This document shows, piece by piece, positions 13,654 through 26,401 of a DNA stretch of 64,000 nucleotides. The notes under the pieces are model-generated. The model had not been told where the DNA came from, ran no database searches, and was given only the letters and a program-made list of their open reading frames with translations. Numbering within the stretch: position 1 is the stretch's first letter; each line of letters opens with the position of its first letter. The stretch comes from Catajapyx aquilonaris (Eukaryota), in contig KZ538062.1 of NCBI GenBank assembly GCA_000934665.2, positions 1-64,000 of the forward strand. Direction: 5' to 3'. The position numbers and the translations under genes are program-made.

Positions 13654-14950
13654 TTTGGAATCTCGGATTTTGAGGTGTGGAACATTTGATGTCAACAGGT
13701 CCCTGGGGCCATGACAACCAGATGAGAAACACTTGTATCTTGCTTTTGTTGGCACCACTGATCACTGAAAATTGATGCTTTTCCCCCCTCTGGACATGCC
13801 TGGATATTTCAACCTCCAGTTGTGACTGGGTTCAGTCACATAAATGCCTTAATATTTTGTGACGAGTTCATTAGACGTCACCAACAAGCGGTTAAATGCT
13901 ATACTCTTCTAAGGTATGCGTTCATATGATGTTACAGTATGATGTGATTTTTTCCCCTTCAAATTGGCGTAGTCTTTTGACCCATGTATTACATAAGACC
14001 ATAAACTCCATATATCATGGAATAGCGGAACATGCAGTAATCTACGTACTTTGTACTACAAGTGCAAGCGTTTTTTGACGTATGTACTTCGCCATTTAAA
14101 CTTGTGGGGACTCGACATGTATCAGTGAGGTATAGGTCAGATATTAATACATATTTTTGACACAACAATAAACGTCAGGAGATACTGAAACGTATGATAA
14201 TTTTATGTCGAATAATGTTGCACTATCTAAGAATGAGTTATTAAAATTTTCCTCTATGGGCCTTTCGTTCCTCTCTCTCAGGTGCTAACTTGAGCCAGTG
14301 TTAAGCACAACTTATAAATCACATCAATATGGAGTAACTCTCTGATTCACCTTGTATCCACCATAACGTGGCTCCATACAAGCCTGTCAGGATTTGAGCA
14401 GCTGCCTGCACTGTACTTCTGCTTACAGAAAAACGAGCCCTGGTTCTCTGATAAAGCATACCTAATGACGAAGTACAGGCACTGTAAGTATGCAGAAGCA
14501 CGACTCGCTGAACATAGCTCACCGCCATGCCTTAATTTTATCATGATCAGACAATGACCACGTAATGCAAGCACCCGGTCAGTCTTAACCAACTTTGTAA
14601 ATAAAATACTAAAATTTTGACTGTCGGAAAAACCGGGGTGAAAGAGAGTTTGAGGGAAAATGTTTAAAGATATTTTCCGGGTCTATGGGACAAATGAAGA
14701 AAAAAAAACGAACTTTCATCGGGGGAAAAAAACCCGAACATCATCATGCATCATCCAATTGGCCTTTACAAATATAGTCTTAACATGAGAACCTTACGTA
14801 AATATTGTAAATAATATCGTCAAATACCGCAAATATCGTTCCCTATTTTAACCGGTACTTTCCTTGCATAAACTGAAAATTAAACGCACTTTTCTTTAAA
14901 AATTTTAATACTTGTTGCAAAACTGACGGTGCCTGGTCCGAAAATTAAAA

Positions 14951-16213
14951 TCATTGGTCATCCGGTTGGGCAGATATCTTCCGAGATGACTTCTTGACAA
15001 TAAACCATTGTAGGATCAGAGGGATCATTGCCAGGATAGGACCTACGCTGCACACGACCAAGTTGATTATTAGGTGTATGAGAGTGTCGTCCATCTCTTT
15101 GCATTTCGTCAAGCAAGCGTTCTTGTCACCAATTGCTTTCTCCTCGGCCTGCGTGTTGTTCAGGTATTTGTTGGCCACGCGCGAGCACAACATCCCATCA
15201 TCGTCGCATATGTTTCTGAACCGGATGTAGAGGACTAGGTGGCACAGGCTGTTGACGAATCCAGTCCAGAGGCAAAGGGTGATGAAGAACGGCAAGTAGT
15301 GGCCATGGCGACCCTGAAAACCGTCTTACTGTACCATATACAAGCACAAAACGAACCATCTAAATTCACGCCCAGACTTGGATCATTGTGTCCCGTCTTC
15401 TAAACGGGACAGCGATTACAAATTCCGGCTTGGAGACGGAACATTAGCGACGCTTATTTAGACAAGAAAAATCAACACATCACTAAGTGTGTATTGCAAT
15501 ACGAGCTTCCAATGGAAATCTCAACAATATAACCTCCAAGTCGGGAAGTCAGGAGACGATACAAAGAGTGACCAAGTCAAGGTATGACTTACTGTGAATA
15601 GAGGCTCTCATATACTCACATGTACGGCCATACAAATGACGAACACGGCGAATGATGATACTGCTAAGGTATTCATCAAGATGGTTGCGTATATGATGGT
15701 GAACTCTGCGACATGAAATAATTCGCACTTGCGGTTAGTACAACATACTGCGTGCATAGAGTGATATAGTAATTACTGTATGGTAGGCCTACATAATTTC
15801 TCAGTGGTTAGCATTTTTTGTATTAAGCAGCTTATTTTAAAGCTGTTTTGTACAGAGGTTACATCAGTTCGAATAGGAGCATTCGTTGGTATAGGAATAG
15901 GACCAATTAAAGTCACTAACCATGTGACTGTGCATGACAGTAGGCTACTTTTCAATATTCTGACAATGGGTAAAATACCTTACCTAATCCTCGGACATTT
16001 CCTAAGTATTGCCGATCTTGATACATTTGAACTTCTGTCTTGTCATGATCGGAGTATTCTTGTCTCTTAAACTCGATTAATGCGAACTGCGTCAAAACGG
16101 CTACCTGATGACAAGTGTGTTAATGCCTGATATATGCAAACAAAAAAAAGTGTGTGCGGCATACTCACAGCTATGTATAAAGCTATTATGACCGTTAAGA
16201 CTCTCCAAAGCAT
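14951..16213 (-). CDS. Array gene D: ~204 aa four-TM protein with Cys-rich TM3-TM4 loop
   Basis: Exons 16213-16169 (MLWRVLTVIIALYIA), 16104-15984, 15705-15620, 15313-14951 (GRHGHYLPFFITLCLW...CDDDGMLC...CLTKC); phases 0,1,0. Confidence 0.8.
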
Positions 16214-16613
16214 GATGGAGGAGATTTCTGGCTGATTCGGCCAAGTTCTTCGGCAATAATCAGTATCTTTCCATGACGACCAGTGAAAATTTCATCGTTT
16301 CGTAAACAATGATATTGACTCTTTATTTGATGACATGATTTGCTGTACATTTTCTGCCATACGATTGCGGTAAAATACTTATTCCTAGTGATATCACAAT
16401 ATTTCATGGAGGACTGGCAGGTCACCCTTCGTCAGAAGATGCGCCTCGTAACCAACAACAAACGGCTATTTAAAAACTCTCATAAAATCTGCATAAAATA
16501 TATAAACTGCATATGTGCTTGGAAGGAATAGATGAATTTGACTAGACTTAGCGCATTCAACTGGAATTGGGCCGATGCTGATCGGCAGTTTAAAAAAATA
16601 ATTGTCAACTCTT

Positions 16614-18145
16614 TTAAGGAATAATGTTGTTTCGGGCCAACTTCCTGAGATAGTGCAGGTCCCTGAGCTCCTGATAGTGCCTGAGCACCACCAGAATAAA
16701 GGCAATTTGAACCACAAAGTCCAATCCGATGACCACAGTGGCCACCACCTCCAGACCAGCCGTCAGGCCCAGGATGTAGAAAAGAGCAGCCACAGTGATA
16801 CAGCTGGACTTGACCGTTGTCCAGACCAGCAGCATGTGACGCCATCCCTGAAAAATACACAATTTTGAGAAAACACTATGCATTATGGTGGTGAATTATA
16901 TATTCACGTTAATGGCGGCGCTTATTAGGAGACAGGAGGCTAGAAGGTCCAAGATTCCCATGGCCAGGGCTACTCTGCTGACTGCTTTTGGTCCAGCCTG
17001 GTCCTGAGGTACATCGCAGTCACGCCAGCTGACCACCTTGGCCAGGATCAAAGAGCAGTACACCACGATCCCGATGGAATGAAGCTGAAGTGGAGGACAT
17101 TATTACTTCAACTGTATTCAAATATGATTAGGAAGTACTGGACCAGTGAGCATGTGGCTGTTTACACAAATGCACAATGGGTTGAGGAAAGTGATTGCGG
17201 TTTGTGTTACGCCTCAGAAAATGTAACCATATCGATTGTAACTTATGGAACACAGGTATAGTGACGTCACTTGTATTTAACTTATTGTTTACATTGTTGA
17301 CGTCTCATGTTGCCACGTGCAAACAACCTGACGTAAAAGTAGGTGAATCATTCTTTTAAAAAGGCTTATGCGACCTACGCAGCACTCCTTTTGAACGGGC
17401 CATGTCCATGACCTCTGGCCAGCGTGTGTTGCCAGGTACTTGTAATGCTGCAGTACGGTAGTTCGAACGTTAGTTTGCGCTTTACTACGCCAACTGTTGG
17501 TCACAGCCAAATCAGCTTGGGTTGGCATTGGCAAGCCCTAATACATACTTTAGGCCTCTGCAAAAATCATGCTCGTACCCCGTACTGTATTATTCAGTTG
17601 AAGGTTTCATTTGCACACTCCAAAAACCAGAATTTTTGAACAGACTTCCCCCATCGTGCACTGTATATTTTTTCGGACAAGTAAAGCTTTTGAAGCCGTT
17701 TATAATAAATTAAAGGCCCTCTCTCACAAGCAGGTTAAAACATTCAGCATGTCCCTAACTCCTCTCTGTGTGAACCGAGAAACGTTCCTATCCATTAATG
17801 CCAATGAAAACTTTAAAAGCCAGGTGGTGTGGAACTAGTATGCAAATTTATTTATAGGTACCGGACGTCTATTTCCGTGTCAGTACATCTAAGCAGCTGC
17901 AATAAGTGTATGACTACGTGACTATTTTCTCACTATATTCAATTTGGCTTTCATCCATTTCGCACTTTGAACCAATATTGAAGTTGTTTGAACCCCCCCC
18001 CCCCCCCATTCTGTGTAAGTCGCAATTGTTCATTGTTGCTTGTAACCCCTGCTTTGAGGTCATAATAGTAATAATAATGACTTACCAGACACAAGAATGC
18101 GATGACAATGGCTCCCCTTCGAGTGGCACAACCACATATGTTCAT
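16614..18145 (-). CDS. Array gene E: ~156 aa four-TM LAPTM4/DUF4728-like protein (3 coding exons)
   Basis: Exons 18145-18086 (MNICGCATRRGAIVIAFLCL), 17084-16908 (..ILDLLASCLLISAAIN), 16847-16614 (GWRHMLLVW...LVVLRHYQEL). Confidence 0.85.
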
Positions 18146-21100
18146 CTTGGTCGCCTCCTTTCTCCAACTATCCTACGGAAAAACGACAGCTCGATACACA
18201 AACAAGTCATGGTGAAAAGTGAAAGCAGCACTTAAAACAACCTGTTCACAAAATCCTAGTCATAAGCCATGCCACATAATTACATAAATATCTCACCGCA
18301 TACATGTCACCATGTTTGAATAACCCTTCCGAATATGATTTGAATCCGACATTTTTCGAGCAAAATATTTGCAGCACACCCGTTACATCGACGTCCTTGC
18401 GTTTTTCTGACTTAAAAAAATCTTGAGCACCTGAGATGTTCCCCATGTGCTTGTTTACTATCCGCGCTATTTCAAGAGTAAAGTTGCGGGTGCTTGAGCC
18501 CAGAGGGCGCCTGCATGCATGAACTACTTTTACAGAGAAAAAAAATACAGAATATTCTAAAAACGTACAGGGTGACCCGAACACACTGGTAGCACACCAA
18601 TTACTCAGGTTTGCAGCGATTCCATTACTTATCACATGAACTGATTAGATAATATTTTTTACCTGGTTCTCAGCTAGTGGCCACCTTTGCAACAAGGCCT
18701 CGGCAGCATGCAGGCTCAGAAGGTATATCCTTGAAAAGAGCCGTGAAATGCGCGGAAATTTCTCAACATGCAGGATACACGCTGTTACTTTTTTATATAT
18801 TTAAATTAACTGCTAATTGCATACGTGAATATTTCAGCTCTGGTCAAATCCTAAGCTTGAAATCAGGCCTAGCCATAAACAAACACCGGATGGGGTAAAC
18901 ACAATGCTTGAATTCCGGTTGCGACATTCCCAACACTAGGCACGACAACACACACAAAAATGTCAACTCACTTACTTGCTAAGTAACACTGCACTGGTCC
19001 ATTGCTTGAAGACGGATATGTGTGTGTGTGTTTGTTTTTTATCCTTTCCTGGTATTTTTTCCTGCGTGATAAGCAGGCTTCTGCTCAGGATGTTATGGAG
19101 AAAGAGTGTGTAGAGAGGAGGAGCCTCTTTTCGAGAGAGGGTATGACGCCACCGATGACGAGTTTTCTGGAGGTCACTTGCTAGGTGTTTTGCTACGTGC
19201 AGGTGGTGGTTTGAACACCATGCAGGTCCACCTGTTGATGAGCGGTACTCTCCGCCAATATTATCCTGGCAACCTGGCTTGAAAGTGAGAGGCGGCCAAA
19301 ATGATTCAGGTCATTGGTCTCCCTGGGCGTATAAAGAGAAAGGTGACCCCTCCAAACACTTTCCACATTCAAATAGGACCTCTGGTCAGACACATGGTGG
19401 GGGACAATGGCCTGATGTAATATATTCGAGGGATGGTAATACGGTTTGGGAATTGCGTACGGTATGGTACGTAACGGTAAATTGGAGAGGGTTGATGGAA
19501 CATGCAATGTGGAAGTATTATTACGAGGCAATTAAGTGGAACGTTTCAATTTTACTGTTACTTTTTTTTGTAAAAATTTTTTTCGCTCGGGATGTATGTC
19601 CATGGTTGCCGGAGTTTGCTGACTTGTGCTGGGCAATCTTATCAGCTGTACTGTTCTCTAAAAATAGAAGGGTGTGTTCTAGAAACTGTGTACACATCAC
19701 TATAGCTTATTGTGTGATTATAGTGCAGTTTCTTAAAGGCTGCAAACGACGTCATAATTGTTGTCATTACTTAACCAGTCGTAATAACAATAGGAACAAA
19801 TGTGACGTAATTTGGACCTTCACATTGTGCAAGTATTTATTCAGCAACATCATTGCCTTTAATATTATTAGTTGCATTGTTGATATTAATTGTACTGTTC
19901 TCATACCGAATGCAATGTGCTAAAATATGTGTGATTGTGAAGGCAGGTGCTGTGTAAATACCATACAAGTAGTTTGAATTATGGGCTCTGATTGGGACTA
20001 GCACTTTATTTCCAGGTAATAATACTGCAACGCATCGTTAAGTACAACAATCACAATCGAAGGTAATTTTTACGGCATTTTAGATTTCCGCAAAGAAACA
20101 CGAGGAAGCATTTAGAGAATTACGTATAGGCAAGGTTATGTCATGTTGCATGTGCACTGCTGGTCTTAGAATTTATTAGTGTAGCAGCATGCAGAATTTT
20201 GTATTGTACAGTACAAATCTTGTACTTCCAACATGTTAAAAAGTATTGCACCAAGTGAAACATACATGATACTCCCCAGAATAAATAACAATGGCAAATC
20301 CAAGCCACGCATAGTATCATCATTGAATTGTTCGAATAATTATTACACACTCTTCTAAATAAATTTACCTGCAAAGACAAGCGTTATGGATGTGCCTGAA
20401 ATACCGGTATAAAGTGTCCGTATTATAAAGCTTGTGGAGTTATCGAGGATCACAATCATGGTGTGGTCATGTTATTATCTATCCCATTGCAAAAGGTATT
20501 ACAACAGTGTGAGGTAACCAAACTCGGATTGTTTGCAAGGGTCGCATATATTGGAAGAAAAATCCCTAATAGTAATGAAGTTCTTGTAGGATTTTTCAAA
20601 ATCTTGGGAATTCACCCGCTGCGCAATCCTGTTTTTGTGAAATAACTATGGAAGAATTTGAACACAGCAGAATGCGAAAGTTATCAGCCATCCAATTATT
20701 TCACGAACTTGCTAAAAATCCGCAAGCACCAATCTGGGCTAACTAACGAGCTGAAAGAGCACATCAAACGTGATAGTGCAGTAATTCGTCTAGTCGTGTG
20801 CTTCAGCGAATTTTTTTCCCAACATGTCGCGTCACGTCCTGTATGTGCCTGGGAACTCATTCCGGACATTTTCCGCATCACATCTAATGCAAATTACTTA
20901 CTATGAAGTAATGCATCATATCCACTCTGCATGTAATACACTATATGGTAGTACTTGCTACGTATGATTTGCACCAAACACTGATTGTTGTCCTGGTTAA
21001 ATGTACAGTTTAGGGTGGAAAAAGATAGGGAATCATTGTATTGAATAATTGGATGTACAACATATGAATCATGCTCACATGGCTTAATATGTGTGTCCAT

Positions 21101-21387
21101 TTCGCACATAGCTGGACAACCACTGGTAAAACAGACTTACCCTAGACACAAAGCACTGATGCCTCTACCGAACTGTATTGTCTCCTGTTCATAAATCCTG
21201 GTGAACACCACCGTCCAAAAAATAATCACATCTAACTGACAAGACCAACATGCTGATTGCAGTATTTGGCACAAGGCGCGGACTCAGCACTGCATGTCCT
21301 TGTTCGATTGGTGCAACCTCTGTGCAATTACAACAATTAAGCGCATATGGAGATGACGCCATAGAGTGTGCCCAGCTCAGAGGGAGG

Positions 21388-24300
21388 TCAAGGCGGAGAC
21401 CCCTTGAAGGGGAAAGAGCAGTCTGAGTATGAGGGCGGAGGCGTCTCTGTCACCAGCCCGTGGCTTCGACGCCTTCCAGCCACAATGTGCAGAGTCCTCA
21501 TGGCCCTGGAGCACTCGGAGGGCTCCACCAGGCAGTCCTCGTAGGAAGGTGGGAGGTCAGACAAGGGTCGTCTGACCACAGACAAGGTGCTGCTGCCGGT
21601 TATGCTGCTGAGTCTCCCTCGACGAGAGGAGCGCCGAATCATGGAGACGCATCTGGCAGAGACGCAGACCATCAGGTAGAGCTGGATCACAAAGATGGCC
21701 CCTAGGGTCATCCGGAACCGGGTCTTGGCGCTGCTCTTCTCCGCGGGGCTGTCCTCTGACCAGGTGTTCTCAGGGTCTTCCTGCCACCCTTTGCACATCA
21801 GGAAACCCACGATGGACTCGTAGGCTATGTACAGTATCAGCCATGGAAGAAGAAGTTGGACTTGCTCCTTGGAACAGAGATGGGACAATATTAGACACCC
21901 TATATAAGATAGTCTGAATTATTACGAAATCACTGCATTGAGAAAAAATGTGCAAACTCTGAGAGAGTATATTTCAAAAGTAATGAATGAGGATAATGCA
22001 ATGCTTGATAGTAAACCAAACTTATTTTTCAAAGAATTCCTGGCATTACAGTATGCCTTGTATGTGACACAATAGCTTATATTGCGACCTTTTGGCTTAT
22101 TGCCCAAGTGTTCTTTTCTATTTGATGACGATTATGGATATGGAACAACTTTGAACATTACATCCAGGGAACAAAACTCGTAATGAGTTATTAAAATTTC
22201 CGTTTTAATTCTGCCTGTGCAATCACCATAAATGTAATGAACTGCCACTCGTACACTGTATATCAAAATTCATATCGCACTAGGTTTTCATTACCTGCCG
22301 TTGACTTTTGCCATTTTCTGTTTTTCATTTCTCTCTGGCTTGGATATTGACTTATTCTAGCTGGCTAGACACCCCGACGCTGTTCTCTTTATGCAGGAGA
22401 GTTAGAAAACTTTTTCAATTTTCTTTATGGCCGCCGCGAGAACAATACAGTCCGTCGGGGTGTAACGAAAGCAACCTTGCCAAGGTAATGGAGACACACT
22501 GCCCCTGTAACTTTATTACACAAAAGTGTAGGAGGATTCCAACTTGTCTAAAACGTTGCGTCGTAAAAATGAGAAATAAAAATAATAAGCTGGCCTCAGC
22601 TCAAATTTTCGTGAAAGGCACGAAAGATAGCAGAGCCAATCAGCAAAACAGGCATTGAAGATATCTTTCTCGGATGGACATCATCAAAATCTGTCCTTTT
22701 AATAAACTTAGAATATATTGCTCCCGTAGATCATTTACATTCATTTATTCATACTTGTTTGTACCTTACCTATTATTACATTGGTAAGGCATTGTTATGC
22801 ATAAAATTTGCTTTTACCGCTGCTGATTGGACAACTGAACACTTTCAAATGTCACACAGTACATCTTACTTATATACAAATGTCATAGGTTATACCGTGT
22901 TGAGTCCAGATATGAGCAGGGGTGCCATGAACATCTCGGCGACACTCAGGACCAGTAACATCGTTAACAGCACTGGATCAACTGAAAAAAATTAAAAATC
23001 TCATTATATTCGTGTTACACACAATCAGCATTGCTTTTATACTTTTAATAGTGCTATTCTGAAAACTTCGTCATACATTTTAATATTATTAACTGCTAAT
23101 ACTGTAGTTTAGTGAAAAGTATGACGAAAAACCAATTGATACAGTATAGATGAAAGTTGTATTATGCATGCTTCCTAAGTGTAAATGATATCTTCAAGGC
23201 TGACTTGAAAGGAAAATTCTCGAAACTTACACCAAGCAGAGAGTTACGACGTGATCCAATGTGTTTCGTAGATCATTAAAGTTTCTCGCGCTTGTTACGC
23301 TCAATAAACTTCAAGAGTTAAGCACACTTGTTTGTTAAAAAAGATGGCTCGTTCGCAAAGGCTGTAAATTTATTCGAGCGAATTTTTAGTTGTCTTCCTT
23401 TCCCGTTTACCAGTATAGGTTACAATTCATCCTCAGAAGATAGCCTTCAGGCCTTGTCATTCGGGGAATTGCGGAATTCTGAACATCAGAGAACTTTGCC
23501 GATGTTGAATTTTTAGCCGGACTGGCTCGTGTTACTTGCAAATGGTCGACAACAACAGGATTTTGGAAAAATAGGCACACATCTTTGATTCTCCCAGAGT
23601 GTTGAAAAATGTGCTGAATCAGAAAATGTACATAGGCAACACTTGATTGCATATTTTCATTAGCCATGTTGTTAACTGCATATTATTTACTGCCTGACGT
23701 ATTTCTTTGCCAAAGACTAAACCCGTCGGTAAAAAACTTAGCTAAAGAGCGTTCTTGAAGTACAGGATTGGAATTGTATGTCTATAAATTCATAATTACG
23801 TAATATTCCAGACGCTATCGGCCTAGCTCTTCAACAGAATATAATTGGCAATTAAATAAGAATATTCATTTGCAATGCAGCCTGCAATAAGGAAGTGCAG
23901 CGTACTCCATTTATGGCAAAGTGAAAAATCAGCTATGTTAAAATCCTGGTGCTAAATTCTACGAACAGTATCGCAGTATTGACAGCCGTCACCCTACAAC
24001 ACCAATGTGGTTGGTGTTAGTTATCGGATTCCCATTGATGCATTGAACTCTACTGAACAATACATCCCCTTTTTGTGCCACAATAGAGCAGAGAGGATAT
24101 ATTGAAGTCACATTGGCAACAGCGGCTTTTTAAAATGTCAATAACTAATCAGTGATGTCAGTGCTCAAGTTTCATTATCGGGCTTCTAAAGTATGTTGTT
24201 TTTGAGATCGGCACTTTTTTGTAACAATCCAGCTGCTTCTAGTTTTCCAATATTGCACGGTATCAACGCATCAGAGTGTTGAAGATAATGATTTAACAAC

Positions 24301-24888
24301 AGTGTATACTTTGAGTTTAATAAACTCAGAAATATGAACGGTGTTATCTGCACTCATTACGTAATATATGAAGATACCATAAAATATGGCATCAAAAGAG
24401 TACCATCAGCGTAAGAAGTGCATGGGTAATAACTAATGTTATATTATGCGGAACTGTTTAGTCAGCGGGATGTCTGGACGTTGTCGCAATGCCAATTCGG
24501 AAAAGGCCAGCATGCGAAGGGCAAACTCTATTCAGGTTCATTGTTCAGCTAGATTTTCGCAAGCATACATATGCGAATTCACCGAGCGAGAAAATAAATA
24601 GTCGATTCATGTAAAGGTCACGGTCGTAAACCGCACAGTTGCACACGAGGAGACTCGCTTTCAAGTTTGAGCATACCTGTCACATTGGACTTGTAGATCA
24701 TAATTGTCGATTCCTCCATACTGGCCATTATCAGCAAGATGAACACCACGCAGAAGACCGCCTTCGTCTGCAAACAAGTGTCTATAGTTAACAACAATCA
24801 AACACAACCGAATTTACAAACTTGCCAGGGACAAATATCCCGTGACGTAGCACACCACGCAGTTTCCGTTGCACTCCTGGTTGCTCAT
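21388..24888 (-). CDS. Array gene F: ~239 aa four-TM protein with two PPSY motifs in a long tail
   Basis: Exons 24888-24826 (GC donor), 24767-24677, 22981-22896 (..APLLISGLNT), 21867-21388 (EQVQLLLPWL...LPPSYEDC...PPPSYSDC); phases 0,1,0. Confidence 0.82.
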
Positions 24889-26401
24889 TGTTGACCGGAC
24901 CACACTATTATTATTATTTTTTTCCAGATATGGTGTAAACCGGTACAGGAAACCTCAACCGCTCGAGTAGCTTCCTCGAACTAGTCCTTGGGCTCTCTTG
25001 CGGACCGCCATATCACATCCTGCTGCAGCTCAATTTTTCTCCAGAACTAGTTTGTCACTATTAATTGCGCACTGTGCAAAAACCCATATAAACAGTGGAA
25101 GGATGTTCACTTAATTGCTTGGGTACTGGCACAATTCCATCCGAGGAGCCCACTTGTTGTATGGCTAGGCCTTGGGAAGAGGTTGGTTCAAGGGCGAGTC
25201 AAAGTCCACTTGTCACTCGATTTTTTTTTTTTTTTGCACTAGTATCCGATATTGCGAGTGTTTTAGTTGCACTAAACGGCTGTAGGATTCCGAACTGAAT
25301 GCCGCAATTATGTATATCCCGGACTCTGCAGAGACGTCATGGCCAAGCAGTAGACCGTTGCATAATTCATCTTCTGCACGCTATTCCTGCATTTTCGGTC
25401 TGTAAAGCAAAATAATACAAAACTAGAGCAATGTTACGGATATTAAATTCGGGTCAGGTGTAAGCTATAAATGACGCACTTGAGACATTAAAAAAAATAA
25501 CGTACCTTGGTTCTGACACGTCCGGCTTGGAGACGGGACATTTTGTGAGCCCATTCACGAGCTGTCACCTTTTTCCAAGCAAGTTTTAGAAGCTTCTTAG
25601 CTTAAAATGGGCTTTTAAAAGCTCAACATTTATAACAATACTGGGAAATATAAATTTATCATTTATTTTTCGCATAATTTCCCCTCTCCAAGCCAGGATT
25701 TGAAACCGCGGAACTTTTTTTTCCGCTCTCTCCTAATTTTACAAGTCAAAGCATGAGTTACAGTGTAAGCAAAGTGCACTTTCTGATGTCGATTTGTCAC
25801 GCACTTTGAGCAAATCGAAGTTGGCATCGGGAAACCGCGAAATTGCTACCGTGCTTGCATTACAGTACCTGCTGGGTTGTTATGCAACGTAGTACTTCGA
25901 AGCAGCCTATACACAATGATAGTATCTCATATCATCAGAATTCAGGTCTCGTCTTCTCCTCTCTTGGTTCCAAGGAAAATCTGTGTCAAATATAACTTAC
26001 CTGTTGAGACGGGATGTAAATGAGTTGAAGACGGATCCGGGGATTTACTGTATATAGGTTGCTTCATTCAAAATATTTTATGAGGTTTGGGTGTCTAGCA
26101 CATCGTTATATTAAAATTGTTTTCGCTTTTTAACATTGATCATGAGTGCTATCGAGTCTAGACTCTGGCCAGTCGAAGCCAAAAAAAACAGCATTTAGGA
26201 AGGTGATTAATGACCTAAACTTCGCCAAAATTGTAAACACTTGAGGGGTTAACGCCTTTTTGTATAGGACATACTGGTGGTCTTCAGCAACCTACAGACG
26301 CAACATGTTCATATTTCGTACATTTTCTAAACATGCAAAATTGTACTTACTAGTCTCCTGCAAGTGCGTGCAAGTTCTGTTCTCCAGGTTGTCCTAATGA
26401 G

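Noticed and set aside
15385..15446. Short motif cggcttggagacgg(a/g)acatt, also at ~25522-25544
   Set aside because: Probably fragments of a small dispersed repeat; too short to define an element.
12797..16213. Calling genes C/D tetraspanins
   Set aside because: No CCG motif, proteins are shorter, and the exon pattern matches the LAPTM4/DUF4728-like neighbours.
19193..19923. 214-aa plus ORF (19279-19923) and 112-aa minus ORF
   Set aside because: Non-ATG starts, low-information composition, no domain; lies in the E-F intergenic/UTR region.
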